The notes under the pieces are model-generated. The model saw only the letters and a program-made list of their open reading frames with translations, made no database searches and had not been told where the DNA came from. A program made the translations under genes and the position numbers. A DNA stretch of 57,183 bases from Segetibacter sp. (lineage in GTDB: Bacteria > Bacteroidota > Bacteroidia > Chitinophagales > Chitinophagaceae): positions 1-57,183 of the forward strand of contig JANMZN010000514.1 in NCBI GenBank assembly GCA_031383285.1, written 5' to 3'. This document shows positions 37,615-48,048 of this stretch, piece after piece. How positions within the stretch are numbered: the first letter of the stretch is position 1; every line of letters begins with the position of its first letter.

Positions 37615-38850
37615 TTAATTAGTTAGCGATTTACTCAAAACATCCTTCACCAAATGCTTCACTTTCTCTCCTTCCTTTTCCCAATTAAACTCAAGGCTTG
37701 CTAGCTGCCGTACATTATTTCTAGCATTTAAGAGTTCTGCTCGGTTTTCATATAATCGAGTAATTAAAGCTGCAAGTTGTTGTTGATTTTCAGATTTGTA
37801 AATAAACCCAGAACCCGGATTTTCTTTCAAAAATTTAACTTGAGCACTCGTATCGGAAAAAACAATACAATTTCCCGCAAGCATGTAAGTAAACATTTTA
37901 TTTGCTAAACAAAAATCCTTATTATCACAATAGGGAATTTCAATGGACAAACCGATATCGTATCGCGCAGAAATTGCAAAGACTTCATTGGGCGATGAAG
38001 GTGGCAAAAATTGAATTTTTTTTGAGAGCGATATATCTAATAATGACTTGTCAAACCCAGCCGAAAGCTGACCAAGTAAATATAATTCAACATTCATAGA
38101 AGATGGCAATAAATTCATGGCATGCACTACTGCTTCTATTCCTCTATATGGTCCAACCGTTTGTGAAAACCAGAACAAGCTAAGTACATTTGTATTGGTA
38201 GGATTTTTCTTTTGAAGAAACTGCATGCTGAAGACATTGTTTATTGGCAAAAAACATTTCCCCTTATACAATTTTTCATATGCTGCACTTATAAGTGGCG
38301 AACCCGCAGTAAGGTAATTGCATAAAGGAATAAACCTGTCTTCAATTTTAATGACATGATGCTGCAGACGACTTTCCCATTTTTTAAAATCACCCCTATG
38401 AAAATCTTCAGCATCAAACCCTGCTTTAGCATTCCACTTATTAGCGCCTGCTATTGCGGCTGGCAATGCACCAATGTTGTGTGCTATGTACAAATCCGCA
38501 GGTGTTTTAAGTGCTGCAGTTGTGAGATAAGACGTTACTCTAGAAGCAGAAGAGATGGTTTTCCAGCCTGTTTTTGCGTAAATAAATTTATTTAACTTGT
38601 GAAAAACTCTCGAAAAGTTGTAGTTGAATTTATCCGTAAAAGGACTTCCACCGATCATTGTAAAATCAGGCTGATGAAGATCACCTTCCGAAAACAATTT
38701 ATTATCTGCTTCAACAGCCCAATGTTGCCAATAACAATAAAATACCTTAACATTATAACCAGCTTCTTTCAAGGCCTGATACTCCTTTACCATACGAGGA
38801 TTGGTTGAAGGTTGACCTGTAGTAAGAATGATGATTTTAGAATTCTTCAA
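37615..38850 (-). CDS. Glycosyltransferase (GT4-like)
   Basis: STNPRMVKE, FDAEDFH, LANKMFTYMLAG. TTG start. Confidence 0.75.
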   Translation of the reverse strand: MKNSKIIILTTGQPSTNPRMVKEYQALKEAGYNVKVFYCYWQHWAVEADNKLFSEGDLHQPDFTMIGGSPFTDKFNYNFSRVFHKLNKFIYAKTGWKTISSASRVTSYLTTAALKTPADLYIAHNIGALPAAIAGANKWNAKAGFDAEDFHRGDFKKWESRLQHHVIKIEDRFIPLCNYLTAGSPLISAAYEKLYKGKCFLPINNVFSMQFLQKKNPTNTNVLSLFWFSQTVGPYRGIEAVVHAMNLLPSSMNVELYLLGQLSAGFDKSLLDISLSKKIQFLPPSSPNEVFAISARYDIGLSIEIPYCDNKDFCLANKMFTYMLAGNCIVFSDTSAQVKFLKENPGSGFIYKSENQQQLAALITRLYENRAELLNARNNVRQLASLEFNWEKEGEKVKHLVKDVLSKSLTN

Positions 38851-38856
38851 ATTCAG

Positions 38857-39555
38857 TTATGCTTTAATTCCTTCAACATAAAGAGAATAAGGTTTGTGAT
38901 TTTTCTGATCATTTACCAAAAGCGGGTTTGAAGACACTCCAAATTCTTCCCGATTAATAATTGAAAATCCAACCCTTTTCAAAAGGTGAGACATCGCTAC
39001 AAAATCGTATCCAAACTTGTGTTCGCCCCCTTGCCTGAATGTGCGTGTCATTAAATCAGCTTCACCCCATTCTTCCGAAAACTTATCATCAATGCCAACA
39101 ATTGACCAATCGTGTTTATAATATGCGGCAATAAATTTCTCAATATCCGGTACAATAATTCTCACAACTCCTCCGGGCTTTAAAACCCGAAGACATTCTT
39201 TTAAAAAAGGTATCGCTTCATATTCTCTGTCCATATGCTCTACCACATGCTCACATCTGATTACTTCTACGCTTGCTGATTTAAAAGGTATTTTTTTTCT
39301 GCAATCATAGGTAAATGATATATTCTTAAGCATATCAGCATCAATATTTACCCACCCTTCTTCTCCAAATGGGCCTGCACCTATGTTCAAATAAAGGTTG
39401 CCTTGTGAGCCAATTTTTTTAATCCTATTAATTTTAAAAGGATTAAACTTACTTCCGAACCTTATAAAAAAAAGCTTCATTTCATACCGAATTGTTTCGA
39501 AGAGTTCATTGCTTAATCCGGTAAGTTTTAGAAGTCTTGCTTTGTTTGCTTTCAT
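38857..39555 (-). CDS. Class I SAM-dependent methyltransferase
   Basis: LNIGAG, WVNID, EHVVEHM, RVLKPGGVVRIIVPD. Confidence 0.82.
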   Translation of the reverse strand: MKANKARLLKLTGLSNELFETIRYEMKLFFIRFGSKFNPFKINRIKKIGSQGNLYLNIGAGPFGEEGWVNIDADMLKNISFTYDCRKKIPFKSASVEVIRCEHVVEHMDREYEAIPFLKECLRVLKPGGVVRIIVPDIEKFIAAYYKHDWSIVGIDDKFSEEWGEADLMTRTFRQGGEHKFGYDFVAMSHLLKRVGFSIINREEFGVSSNPLLVNDQKNHKPYSLYVEGIKA

Positions 39556-39564
39556 TTCAGGTAA

Positions 39565-40602
39565 TTAAATAGTTTTAATTCTTCTCATTGCAATTTTACT
39601 TTCATAAATAGCAAGGTATTGCTTTGCAATTTCTGTTTTATTAAACCGAACTTCAACACTTTGTCTAATCACTTTTCTATCAAGACTTCCGACTAATGAT
39701 ACTTTTCGAGTCATTTCTTCAATAGTATTGCAAACGTAACCAGTTACATTGTTTTCAATAACTTCCGGCACGGCACCTGTTCCAAAACCAATCACAGGCG
39801 TACCACATGCCATAGCCTCAGCCATCACAATGCCGAATGGTTCATTCCATTGTATAGGCATTAAAAAAGCAAGCGCTTTTCCTAAAATTTCGTTTTTCTG
39901 TTCATCGTTCACTTTCCCTACATAAGAAATTCTATCATTAAGGAAAGGCTTCACTTTTTTATCAAAATAAGATTGCTTATCTGCCGGGATATTCCCCGCA
40001 ATTATTAAACGCTTACCGGTTTTTATTGCCACTTCTACTGCAATATGGGTTCCTTTTATTTCTTCTATCCTACCCAAAAAAACAAGCGGTGCATCCTTTT
40101 CTATTTTGGTTTGCAAATCATATTTATCAACAGGTACAAAATTGTAAACTGCATGAGCCTCTGCAAAAGGCTGTATCTTATCTGATATGTAGTGGCTGCA
40201 CCCTGTAAAAGCGATAGACCCTTTCTTAGAGAGTGCAACAGCTTTTTTTATCTGTTTAACCGATGGCTCTCTTTGATAGCTCATTATCTTCGGAATACTT
40301 GACGGCATGATTGCTGTCATATATGCAAGTCGGCTAAAACTATGCACTACATCAAACTTTTGGGAAAAAACCAATCGTGTCAATTGCCAGCTATTCTGTA
40401 TAATATCAAGTGGCTTTTGACTTCTGCTTCCCTTCCAACCAATTAATTTACAAGGAACCTTAGATTTAGGATTGGCACACAATGTAACATCGTATCCAAG
40501 TTTACAATACTCCTCAATCAAGCCATCAACAATGCGTTCAATACCTCCATATAATCCTGGCGGAACAGGTATTTCTGGATCACAAGTAAGTAGTATTTTC
40601 AA
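39565..40602 (-). CDS. Glycosyltransferase family 4
   Basis: PVPPGLYGGIER, FLGRIEEIKG, WNEPFGIVMAEAMACGTPV. TTG start. Confidence 0.92.
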   Translation of the reverse strand: MKILLTCDPEIPVPPGLYGGIERIVDGLIEEYCKLGYDVTLCANPKSKVPCKLIGWKGSRSQKPLDIIQNSWQLTRLVFSQKFDVVHSFSRLAYMTAIMPSSIPKIMSYQREPSVKQIKKAVALSKKGSIAFTGCSHYISDKIQPFAEAHAVYNFVPVDKYDLQTKIEKDAPLVFLGRIEEIKGTHIAVEVAIKTGKRLIIAGNIPADKQSYFDKKVKPFLNDRISYVGKVNDEQKNEILGKALAFLMPIQWNEPFGIVMAEAMACGTPVIGFGTGAVPEVIENNVTGYVCNTIEEMTRKVSLVGSLDRKVIRQSVEVRFNKTEIAKQYLAIYESKIAMRRIKTI

Positions 40603-40647
40603 AAAAGTAAATTAAAAGTTCTATTGCAAATGAGTTAGAAAAAATAA

Positions 40648-41613
40648 TCACCAAGGTTTTTTCTTCTGATAAATTCTTGACAGCCTTCTTGCTGCTTTCC
40701 ACCCAAGTAATCTGGAAACAACGTTGTAGATTTTACCTGACCTAGTAGACTCTGTAAAGGACTTTGGAAATTGTTTTAAGCGTCTTTCAATTAGCTTGAC
40801 ATAAATAGTATGTTTGGGGTAAGCCCATTCTAGAATCATCATATATCCTTGAGACACACGCTTCCTTATTGCTTCGCTATTTTCTATTTGCAGCATCCAT
40901 TTTGCTGAAAGATCTATTGACAAAATGGCTGATTTAATTCCTTTTTTTGAAAGGTCGCTACTAAGCGTCATTTCAGAACTACTACTTCTATAAAATGTAT
41001 AACCTGTATCTGCAAACTTTAGCCGTTTTGCATGGGTAAAAATTCGGGTAAAAAATTCAGTATCGTTAATCAATGAAAGCCTTTCATCCCATAGTCCTGT
41101 TCTATGCAATAAAGTTGTAGGCAACAACCACAGCCCACACTGCACCATTGGGGGATTTTCTTTCCACATAATGAATTCAAGTGGTGAACAATCTTTATGA
41201 ATAGTATGAGGATCAGATAAGTCAATTTCGACAGGCAAAATATTGTTATAAAAACGGCGCCATTCAATGAAGGAAACAACATTGTCGTTTTCATCTTGCA
41301 AGGCTGCCACTTGCCCTGCTATTACATTTTTATGAAGTATATCATCGGCATCATAAAACTTTATGTATTTGCCGCTGGCCTTTTTAAACCCGGCATTTAA
41401 TGCATTACATTGTCCTCCATTTTCCTGTTTGTAATAGCATATTCTTTTATCTGCGAAGGATTTAATAACACTTTCTGAATTATCCTTTGACCCATCATCA
41501 ACTACAATAATTTCAAGATTAGTATAGGTTTGCGATAGCAGGCTATTTAGCGTATCTGCTATATACTTTTCACCATTGTAACATGAAACAATTATTGAAA
41601 CTAGTGGAAGCAA
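40648..41613 (-). CDS. Glycosyltransferase family 2
   Basis: VSIIVSCYN, VDDGSKD, FYDADD, NDTEF. TTG start. Confidence 0.9.
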   Translation of the reverse strand: MLPLVSIIVSCYNGEKYIADTLNSLLSQTYTNLEIIVVDDGSKDNSESVIKSFADKRICYYKQENGGQCNALNAGFKKASGKYIKFYDADDILHKNVIAGQVAALQDENDNVVSFIEWRRFYNNILPVEIDLSDPHTIHKDCSPLEFIMWKENPPMVQCGLWLLPTTLLHRTGLWDERLSLINDTEFFTRIFTHAKRLKFADTGYTFYRSSSSEMTLSSDLSKKGIKSAILSIDLSAKWMLQIENSEAIRKRVSQGYMMILEWAYPKHTIYVKLIERRLKQFPKSFTESTRSGKIYNVVSRLLGWKAARRLSRIYQKKKPW

Positions 41614-41660
41614 TGTGTATTTAAAAGTTGAACAAAATTAATATTCAGATTGGTGAGTAA

Positions 41661-42581
41661 CTATTTTTTCAAAGAAAAAATAGCTAGCAACTTTGCTCTC
41701 CATTCAAAAGCTTTGTATGATGCAAAAGCATATAGTATTTTAAACAGATCAGAACCTCCCGGATTGGCCTGTTGGTAAATTTTCCGTGCTTCCAATACTG
41801 AACCCTTTGTTGTTTCCCAATCATCCGCAGAAGCTGCAAATGTGGCATTTGCTAACAACTGCTCAGCAATTTCCTTATTGTATTTTCCAGATGTATTTTC
41901 AATTACATACTTCCAAACATTAAGTGATGCTTTAGCACATTTTGCACGATTACCACCTGACATGCTGCTTTCATGCCAATAGTTAATACAAGTCAATTCA
42001 GGATCGTAGCCTAGGCTAAGACCTTTGATAGTAGCTCGAGAATAAAAGGCCCTGTCTTCATTGTATAAAACACTTGGATCTGTATTGAAACCTCCGATTT
42101 CCAAAAAGGATTTTTTTCTTACTAAAGCAAAATTTACAAGCTTATTTGTAATACTAAATTTAATAGGGTCAGTTTTCATAGCTGCTATATCATACTTTGG
42201 TTCGGATATAAACTGATTACTTTCATGGACAACATAATGAAAGTGCATAAGGATAATATCTGGTACATCAGCTTTATCAATCCACCGATGTGCAACTGTT
42301 GTAAAATTGGGCAGCAAGTCATCATCTGCATCATGAAAGTGTAGCCATTCAGATTTTGCAACTTCAGCCAAACGGTTTTTCCCACAACTACATCCACGAT
42401 TCACATCGCCCTCTACTACAATTGCTCCATATTTTTTAGCGACTTCTGAAGTATGGTCGGTACTACAATCGTTGTAAACCAATATCTCATCGAAGGGAAT
42501 AAGTTGAGCCTTTGCCGAAGTCAACAACTTTGGCAGCAAAAGGGAAGCATTGTAAGCGGGTATGCAAAGAGCAAGAGACAT
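41661..42581 (-). CDS. Glycosyltransferase family 2
   Basis: CIPAYN, NDCSTD, FHDADD, NED. Confidence 0.88.
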   Translation of the reverse strand: MSLALCIPAYNASLLLPKLLTSAKAQLIPFDEILVYNDCSTDHTSEVAKKYGAIVVEGDVNRGCSCGKNRLAEVAKSEWLHFHDADDDLLPNFTTVAHRWIDKADVPDIILMHFHYVVHESNQFISEPKYDIAAMKTDPIKFSITNKLVNFALVRKKSFLEIGGFNTDPSVLYNEDRAFYSRATIKGLSLGYDPELTCINYWHESSMSGGNRAKCAKASLNVWKYVIENTSGKYNKEIAEQLLANATFAASADDWETTKGSVLEARKIYQQANPGGSDLFKILYAFASYKAFEWRAKLLAIFSLKK

Positions 42582-42657
42582 TAAATTATTGGTATCAGAC
42601 TTATTTAGCGTTCTATAATAAATTTGAAAAAATAATCAACCAGATTTTTATTAATCT

Positions 42658-43518
42658 TTACAAATGAAATATTGCAGATAATGTTTCTCTAAATCCAAAA
42701 CCTGATTTCTTTATTGCTTCCTTTGTTTTTACAAAATCTCTACTCTTGAAAAAGAAACGAACAATATTTACGAAAAACCTTCTGTCATTCTTATTCCGTA
42801 GCCATTTTATTTCTATAGGTGTCAAAAATAAATCCAACTCTTTCAAAGCATCTCTTAAGTATGCATATGTGTTATAGAGATAGCTATATTGATTATTTAT
42901 CTCTTGTCCTTCATGGCGACGGTAATGGTGAAACTCAAAAGGCAACAATACCAAAGGGGATTGAGACACAGCTTTCAAATTAAAATACATATCGCTTGCA
43001 GGACCATATTTAGCAGTAAAGCCATTAATCTTTTCAAAGAAAGATCGTTTGATTATTGTACCACCAGGTCCAATGCCTAATGTTGAAATTTTAAAAAAAT
43101 GATTGTGTATTGTTTGAGCAGACGGAGCAAGAGTAGCCTCTTTCACATAATAATTCAGCATACCGAAATTACCCTCTGGGAAAAGGCTCATACAATGAAC
43201 ACATTTTTCAATGCCATCCGGGAAAATAGTATCATCCGAATCTACATGCATGATGTAATATCCACTGGCGTAGCTTGCTGCTTTATTTCGGTTGCCATAA
43301 TCACCAAGGTTTTGTTCATTGACGTATACCTTAATTCTATTGTCTAGTTCTTGAAATTTTTTGGCAATGGTTACCGTATTATCTTTAGAAACATCATCAA
43401 CAATAATCAGTTCAAAATTGGTGTAGGTAGAAGCTAAAACACTTTCTATAGCCTCTGAAATATAAGCCTCCCGATTATAAGAGGTCATTAAAACACTTAC
43501 TAAAGGAGGGAATTGCAT
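42658..43518 (-). CDS. Glycosyltransferase family 2
   Basis: VSVLMTSYN, VDDVSKD, VDSDD, YRRH. Confidence 0.9.
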   Translation of the reverse strand: MQFPPLVSVLMTSYNREAYISEAIESVLASTYTNFELIIVDDVSKDNTVTIAKKFQELDNRIKVYVNEQNLGDYGNRNKAASYASGYYIMHVDSDDTIFPDGIEKCVHCMSLFPEGNFGMLNYYVKEATLAPSAQTIHNHFFKISTLGIGPGGTIIKRSFFEKINGFTAKYGPASDMYFNLKAVSQSPLVLLPFEFHHYRRHEGQEINNQYSYLYNTYAYLRDALKELDLFLTPIEIKWLRNKNDRRFFVNIVRFFFKSRDFVKTKEAIKKSGFGFRETLSAIFHL

Positions 43519-43521
43519 ATA

Positions 43522-44505
43522 TTAAACAACAGCTTTGAGCGCCTGTCCGGAATGGTTTTGTTGTCGACCTTGCGGTACCGTTGAACAAAATACTTTCAAC
43601 CCTTTTTCTACAGCGTTTATACCTACCCAATTCAATAATCTGAAAACTATAGCAGACAAAAGATGAGCTATGTGGCGGACAATGTTGTGCCAAACCCAAT
43701 ATACTTTTTTCCAAAAGCCAATTTGTTTCCTTTTGAAAATGCTGTAAATATTAACAGTAATTGGCTTATAAATAATAGGAATATTTGGAAGCGTCTTAAA
43801 ATTAATTAGCAATCCATAATTAATTATATAAATGACCCTGAAAGTATATTTAAAATCATGATGATGATAATGATAAACCAAAAGAGCCGAATCTCTTACC
43901 AATTTATATCCTTTGCTTAATGCGTCTAATGCCCATAATGCATCTTCAGCAAAATCAACACGCTTGAATGGTACATACAACAATGCGCTCCGACGATACA
44001 TAGCATTCACATTGTCCCATCTGCAATATTGTAATTGTTGCTTCGGAGAAATTTTCGCAAACTCATTTATCTTAAAATGAAATATTTCAGGAACAGGGGT
44101 TGAAAACCGCTGAAACCAAACAGCAGGATTTTTATCTAATTCCGAAGGTACGCCCTGAATGCCATTTACACCTTGAACCTCTGTGTCGGTAAAATAAGAA
44201 ACCATTCGCTCCAACATATCAGCCTCGGCTATCCGGGAATCTTGCACAGTATAATAAAGAAGCTCACCTGAAGCTTCTTGTGCGCCGATATTTCTGGTAC
44301 CTCCATGGCTAAAAGTGCCAGGTTGTACAGGAATTATTTTAGCCCCAAAAAATGCAGCAATTTCACAACTCTTATCGCTGCTATTTGAGTCTAAAATTAA
44401 TATTTCGACAACTTTGCCAATAGTTTGTTGCCGTATGCTATCAAGGCAAAGTCCCAAAGTACGCTCACCATTTTTTACAGGAATAATTACTGACAGAGAT
44501 AACAT
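43522..44505 (-). CDS. Glycosyltransferase family 2, rhamnosyltransferase-like
   Basis: IPVKNG, DSNSSD, FSHGGTRN, TVQDS, FAED, VYHYH. This pattern is seen in RfbN-type rhamnosyltransferases. Confidence 0.8.
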   Translation of the reverse strand: MLSLSVIIPVKNGERTLGLCLDSIRQQTIGKVVEILILDSNSSDKSCEIAAFFGAKIIPVQPGTFSHGGTRNIGAQEASGELLYYTVQDSRIAEADMLERMVSYFTDTEVQGVNGIQGVPSELDKNPAVWFQRFSTPVPEIFHFKINEFAKISPKQQLQYCRWDNVNAMYRRSALLYVPFKRVDFAEDALWALDALSKGYKLVRDSALLVYHYHHHDFKYTFRVIYIINYGLLINFKTLPNIPIIYKPITVNIYSIFKRKQIGFWKKVYWVWHNIVRHIAHLLSAIVFRLLNWVGINAVEKGLKVFCSTVPQGRQQNHSGQALKAVV

Positions 44506-44512
44506 AAACTGG

Positions 44513-45427
44513 TTAGGTAATAAGTTTTACCAAAGCCTTAAAACGCAATGGAACATTACTAATTACTGATTGAAAAAAAATTGACTTTAAATGCTGTTTA
44601 CGGTTAACATCGCTCTTGGGCAATCTTATAGCCAATGCATAAAGATTTTGATAATAAACCTTTTTTATGAGTTTTCTTTGGGTTAATAAATCTTCTGACT
44701 GCATAAAATACTCAAAAATTCTATGCTTACTTCTCAATTGATCAACCACAGAAATTTTAGAATACATGCTTGCCGAACGAACCCGATAAACAGCAGAAAC
44801 AAAATCCAGGTAGGTAGCATAACCTTTTCGAAGCAGGAAAACATAAAGTGGCCAATCACCCATTGGCAGACCTTCAAAAGTATGTCTGGAGAAATCAACC
44901 AATCCATTACGAAACATAACCGAACAATTGGGGGCTACATTTCCTTTCAATAAATCATTAATTTCGTAGTTCTTCGTTTCAATTTTTGTCCAATAGGGCT
45001 TTAACTCTTTGGTGTCATCATCAAAAACATTCACATTGGTGAAACACATTGCAGATTCTTTGTTGGCTTCCATAAAGTCAACTTGTTTTTGAAGTTTATT
45101 TTCATCGCACCAATAATCGTCTCCTTCGCAAATGGCAATATACTTACCCTGAGCTTTATGAAAAAGCAATCTTGTAAGTGTGTTAACCCCTTTTGAATAT
45201 TGATTATCCTTTTGATAAATTGCTTTAATAATGTTCGGATACCTTGCTTCATATTCTTTTACAATAACTGCAGTATCATCAGTTGAAGCATCGTCATTTA
45301 TTATTACCTCGAATTTAAAATTGATCTTTTGCGATAAAAAACCTTCAAGGCATTGTCTAATATATCCTCCATGATTGAATGTCTGGGTGCAAATACTAAC
45401 TGATATATCTTTATCAAAATCCTCCAA
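44513..45427 (-). CDS. Glycosyltransferase family 2
   Basis: TFNH, DDASTD, AICEGDDYW, KLQKQ, GDWPL. TTG start. Confidence 0.9.
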   Translation of the reverse strand: MEDFDKDISVSICTQTFNHGGYIRQCLEGFLSQKINFKFEVIINDDASTDDTAVIVKEYEARYPNIIKAIYQKDNQYSKGVNTLTRLLFHKAQGKYIAICEGDDYWCDENKLQKQVDFMEANKESAMCFTNVNVFDDDTKELKPYWTKIETKNYEINDLLKGNVAPNCSVMFRNGLVDFSRHTFEGLPMGDWPLYVFLLRKGYATYLDFVSAVYRVRSASMYSKISVVDQLRSKHRIFEYFMQSEDLLTQRKLIKKVYYQNLYALAIRLPKSDVNRKQHLKSIFFQSVISNVPLRFKALVKLIT

Positions 45428-45469
45428 ACTGTATTATTTACTTTTCTCTTTTATGTCAAATCAAAAAAG

Positions 45470-46420
45470 CTAACCAATATTCAAAACAGCATAACCGAAA
45501 CCATATTTGCCAAAATGATTGCCATTATAAAACATAATCAGCTGCTCGCCGATTTGTAAAACTTGTGGATAAGAAATCATTTGAGAATCCCAACCTTCTT
45601 TACTTAATGATATTCCCGCCTGCTCGTCATTTCTTTCCCAATTAATAAAATCTTTGCTTGTTGCATAACCAATTCTATAGGAATTACTACCACCTCTGAA
45701 ATTTTCAATTTTGCGATAGCCATACCAAGTATGGTAAAGTTGTTTGTATCTTATCACTGCAGGACGGCTAATACACTCATCTTTAGTTATTTGCTGAAAA
45801 AGTGGTTTCTGTTGAGTTTCCCAGTGAATGCCATTAGATGAAATTGCTCCTTTTAATGTGTAAACGGGTTCAGGCTTTCCATTCTCAGGTACCCATGCTG
45901 TTGTTGAAGCATACATCATTTTGAAATGATTATCATCTTTAAAAACAAAGGCACCATTCGCCAAGTACGGGTTATCTGTACTTTTTCCAACTATAGGACC
46001 TTCACTATAACGAAAAAAAGTATCCCCATCATCATTGCTGATAGCAAGTCCAATCCATGTTTCGTAAGGAACAGAAACGCCCCTCATCCATCCGGTGTAA
46101 TAGAGATAGACTTTATTATCAATTCTTATCACGCCTGTGGGATGTATACCAAATTCATCGAAAGCACCACGACTTCCCAATTCCATTATTGGTTTTGGAT
46201 GAATGTAAAGTACGTTAGATGGATTATTTTTCTCAACATCTATATAAGCAATATGGCTTACAAATAGGCCGCTTTCATCAGGTTTTGGGCGACAAGTAAA
46301 AAATATTCTCAGTACATTTTCTTTCTCCAAAATGGTAGGCACCTGAGAGTAAGCATTCATCCAATCGAAGCGATCGGATGGGTCAAAAATTAAACCACGT
46401 TTTTGCCATAGTTCATTCAT
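45470..46420 (-). CDS. Five-bladed beta-propeller protein (glycoside hydrolase 32/43/130-like fold), function unknown
   Basis: Repeated blade motifs (LYYTG, GLAISNDDG, SSNGIHWE, GYATSKDFINWE, WDSQM..YP, MFYNGN). ATG 46420 overlaps the upstream stop (ATGA). Confidence 0.6.
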   Translation of the reverse strand: MNELWQKRGLIFDPSDRFDWMNAYSQVPTILEKENVLRIFFTCRPKPDESGLFVSHIAYIDVEKNNPSNVLYIHPKPIMELGSRGAFDEFGIHPTGVIRIDNKVYLYYTGWMRGVSVPYETWIGLAISNDDGDTFFRYSEGPIVGKSTDNPYLANGAFVFKDDNHFKMMYASTTAWVPENGKPEPVYTLKGAISSNGIHWETQQKPLFQQITKDECISRPAVIRYKQLYHTWYGYRKIENFRGGSNSYRIGYATSKDFINWERNDEQAGISLSKEGWDSQMISYPQVLQIGEQLIMFYNGNHFGKYGFGYAVLNIG

Positions 46421-47277
46421 AAGACGCAACCCGGCTTTAGTAGTGAAAGCTCACCTGATATTTCTTCAAGATATAAAAACCCTTTGCCTTTTCGAAGTAA
46501 AATTTTATTCTCAAACACAAATACTATTTCGTTATCAACATAACTAGTGAGAGCAAGTATGCTAAAATTGTGGTTAATTACCTTAGCATTTTTAACTACA
46601 AAAGTATTGCCTTGAGCTACAAAACATGCTCCCTGAGAACGTGTATTAAAAGCCTTAATAGTTCTAACAATGCTATCTGCGTTTTGTGAAAAGTCAATTT
46701 CTTTATCAGTTGTTTTAACCTTGTAGCTAATGTGGTCAGAAACGACCTTTTGTTTACTTTGTCCTTTAAAATTATTATTCAAAGCAAGATTAAAAACCTG
46801 TTTCTCCGCTTGGAAGCTAAGCTGATAAAGCAAAGCACAATCAAGGTCAGCGGAATAATCAATTTTAATTTGAGCAATAATATCGCCATCATCAATCTTG
46901 TCATTCATAAAGTGGCAAGTAGCGCCACTTTCTTTTCCAAACAAAACAGCACCAGGAACCGGATCTTTGCCCCTTAGGTCGGGTAAAAAAGATGGGTGAA
47001 TGTTTATGAAAAATTTTTGATTTCCCTTGGTCAGTTGGGTGATTGGCAAAATATAGGGAAGACCATTTGCAATGAAATGCGTAAAATTAAGTTGCTCCAA
47101 TTGTTGAATAAAATCCTTTCCATTTGCTATTGTTTGAAAAGCTATACCTTTTTTTGTTAATTCCTTTTCAAGAAAAGAACCTTCAACAGCAAATACTTGA
47201 GTAATAGCTAGATTTGCTTTAAGCATTTCCTCTAAAACAAAAAACCGATTTCCTGCGAAAACGAAAACTGGGTTCAA
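46417..47277 (-). CDS. Formyltransferase (Fmt-like; sugar or aminoacyl N-formyltransferase)
   Basis: INIHPSFLPDLRG, GATCH, IDDGDII supply the Asn/His/Asp catalytic residues. Probable TTG start at 47277. Confidence 0.8.
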   Translation of the reverse strand: MNPVFVFAGNRFFVLEEMLKANLAITQVFAVEGSFLEKELTKKGIAFQTIANGKDFIQQLEQLNFTHFIANGLPYILPITQLTKGNQKFFINIHPSFLPDLRGKDPVPGAVLFGKESGATCHFMNDKIDDGDIIAQIKIDYSADLDCALLYQLSFQAEKQVFNLALNNNFKGQSKQKVVSDHISYKVKTTDKEIDFSQNADSIVRTIKAFNTRSQGACFVAQGNTFVVKNAKVINHNFSILALTSYVDNEIVFVFENKILLRKGKGFLYLEEISGELSLLKPGCVL

Positions 47278-47364
47278 ATAAGTGTAGTTATTTTTACTAA
47301 TAAAAAAGGTTAGGAATACTGCATAAGTATGCAAGTATTTATGCTTAGATGTAGAGTGATGAAA

Positions 47365-48048
47365 TTATAAACTACTGAAGCCTGACATCTTCAAGAATTG
47401 TTTAGCAGATAAACGGATAGGTTTAGTAGATTCAACTATTACTACTTTATCTTCTTCAAGACTTTTTGTCACTAAAGCATTAGCTCCAATGAAGCAATTT
47501 TTTCCGATGGCAATGCTATGCCCGATGGTTGCATTAACTGCAAGAAAAGCATTTGCACCAAGTGTTACATTGCCTCCAATATTGCAGGATGAAGTAAGCC
47601 AACAATTATCTTCAATAATGGAATGATGGCCAATGAGGGTTCCGCTCCATACAAACACATTGTTACCAATTGTAACACACGGATGAATAATGGCAGGCGA
47701 CATGATAAAGCAATTGTAGCCGGTTGTTACATTTTTAGGAACATTAGCTAAAGGACTAATAACCGATACTAGAGTATACCCCTTTTCAATGGCTTCGTTA
47801 CATTTTATTTCCCTGAGTTTATTTAGGTCATGATATCCTACCGCCACAAACATCTCGCTTGAAGCAATGGGAAAATTCTCTTCAACATTTCCAAATGAAA
47901 CAACAGGCAAATCAAGGAATGTATCAACGTTTTTGTATTGCTCATCTACACAGAAGCCAACCACGTTCAAATTACATTCATGCTTAGCGTAGTAATACAC
48001 CACTTCTGCAATTTTTCCAATACCAAATATTATCAGGTTCTTTTTCAT
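47365..48048 (-). CDS. Sugar N/O-acyltransferase (NeuD/PglD hexapeptide family)
   Basis: LIIFGIG N-terminal domain, FVAVGY, left-handed beta-helix repeats, IGHH. Confidence 0.85.
   Translation of the reverse strand: MKKNLIIFGIGKIAEVVYYYAKHECNLNVVGFCVDEQYKNVDTFLDLPVVSFGNVEENFPIASSEMFVAVGYHDLNKLREIKCNEAIEKGYTLVSVISPLANVPKNVTTGYNCFIMSPAIIHPCVTIGNNVFVWSGTLIGHHSIIEDNCWLTSSCNIGGNVTLGANAFLAVNATIGHSIAIGKNCFIGANALVTKSLEEDKVVIVESTKPIRLSAKQFLKMSGFSSL

Noticed and set aside
32112-39555. A8/T8 homopolymer runs in CDSs (e.g. 32493-32500, 33353-33360, 33369-33376, 39466-39473) as phase-variation sites
   Set aside because: Expected in such AT-rich DNA; all frames are intact.
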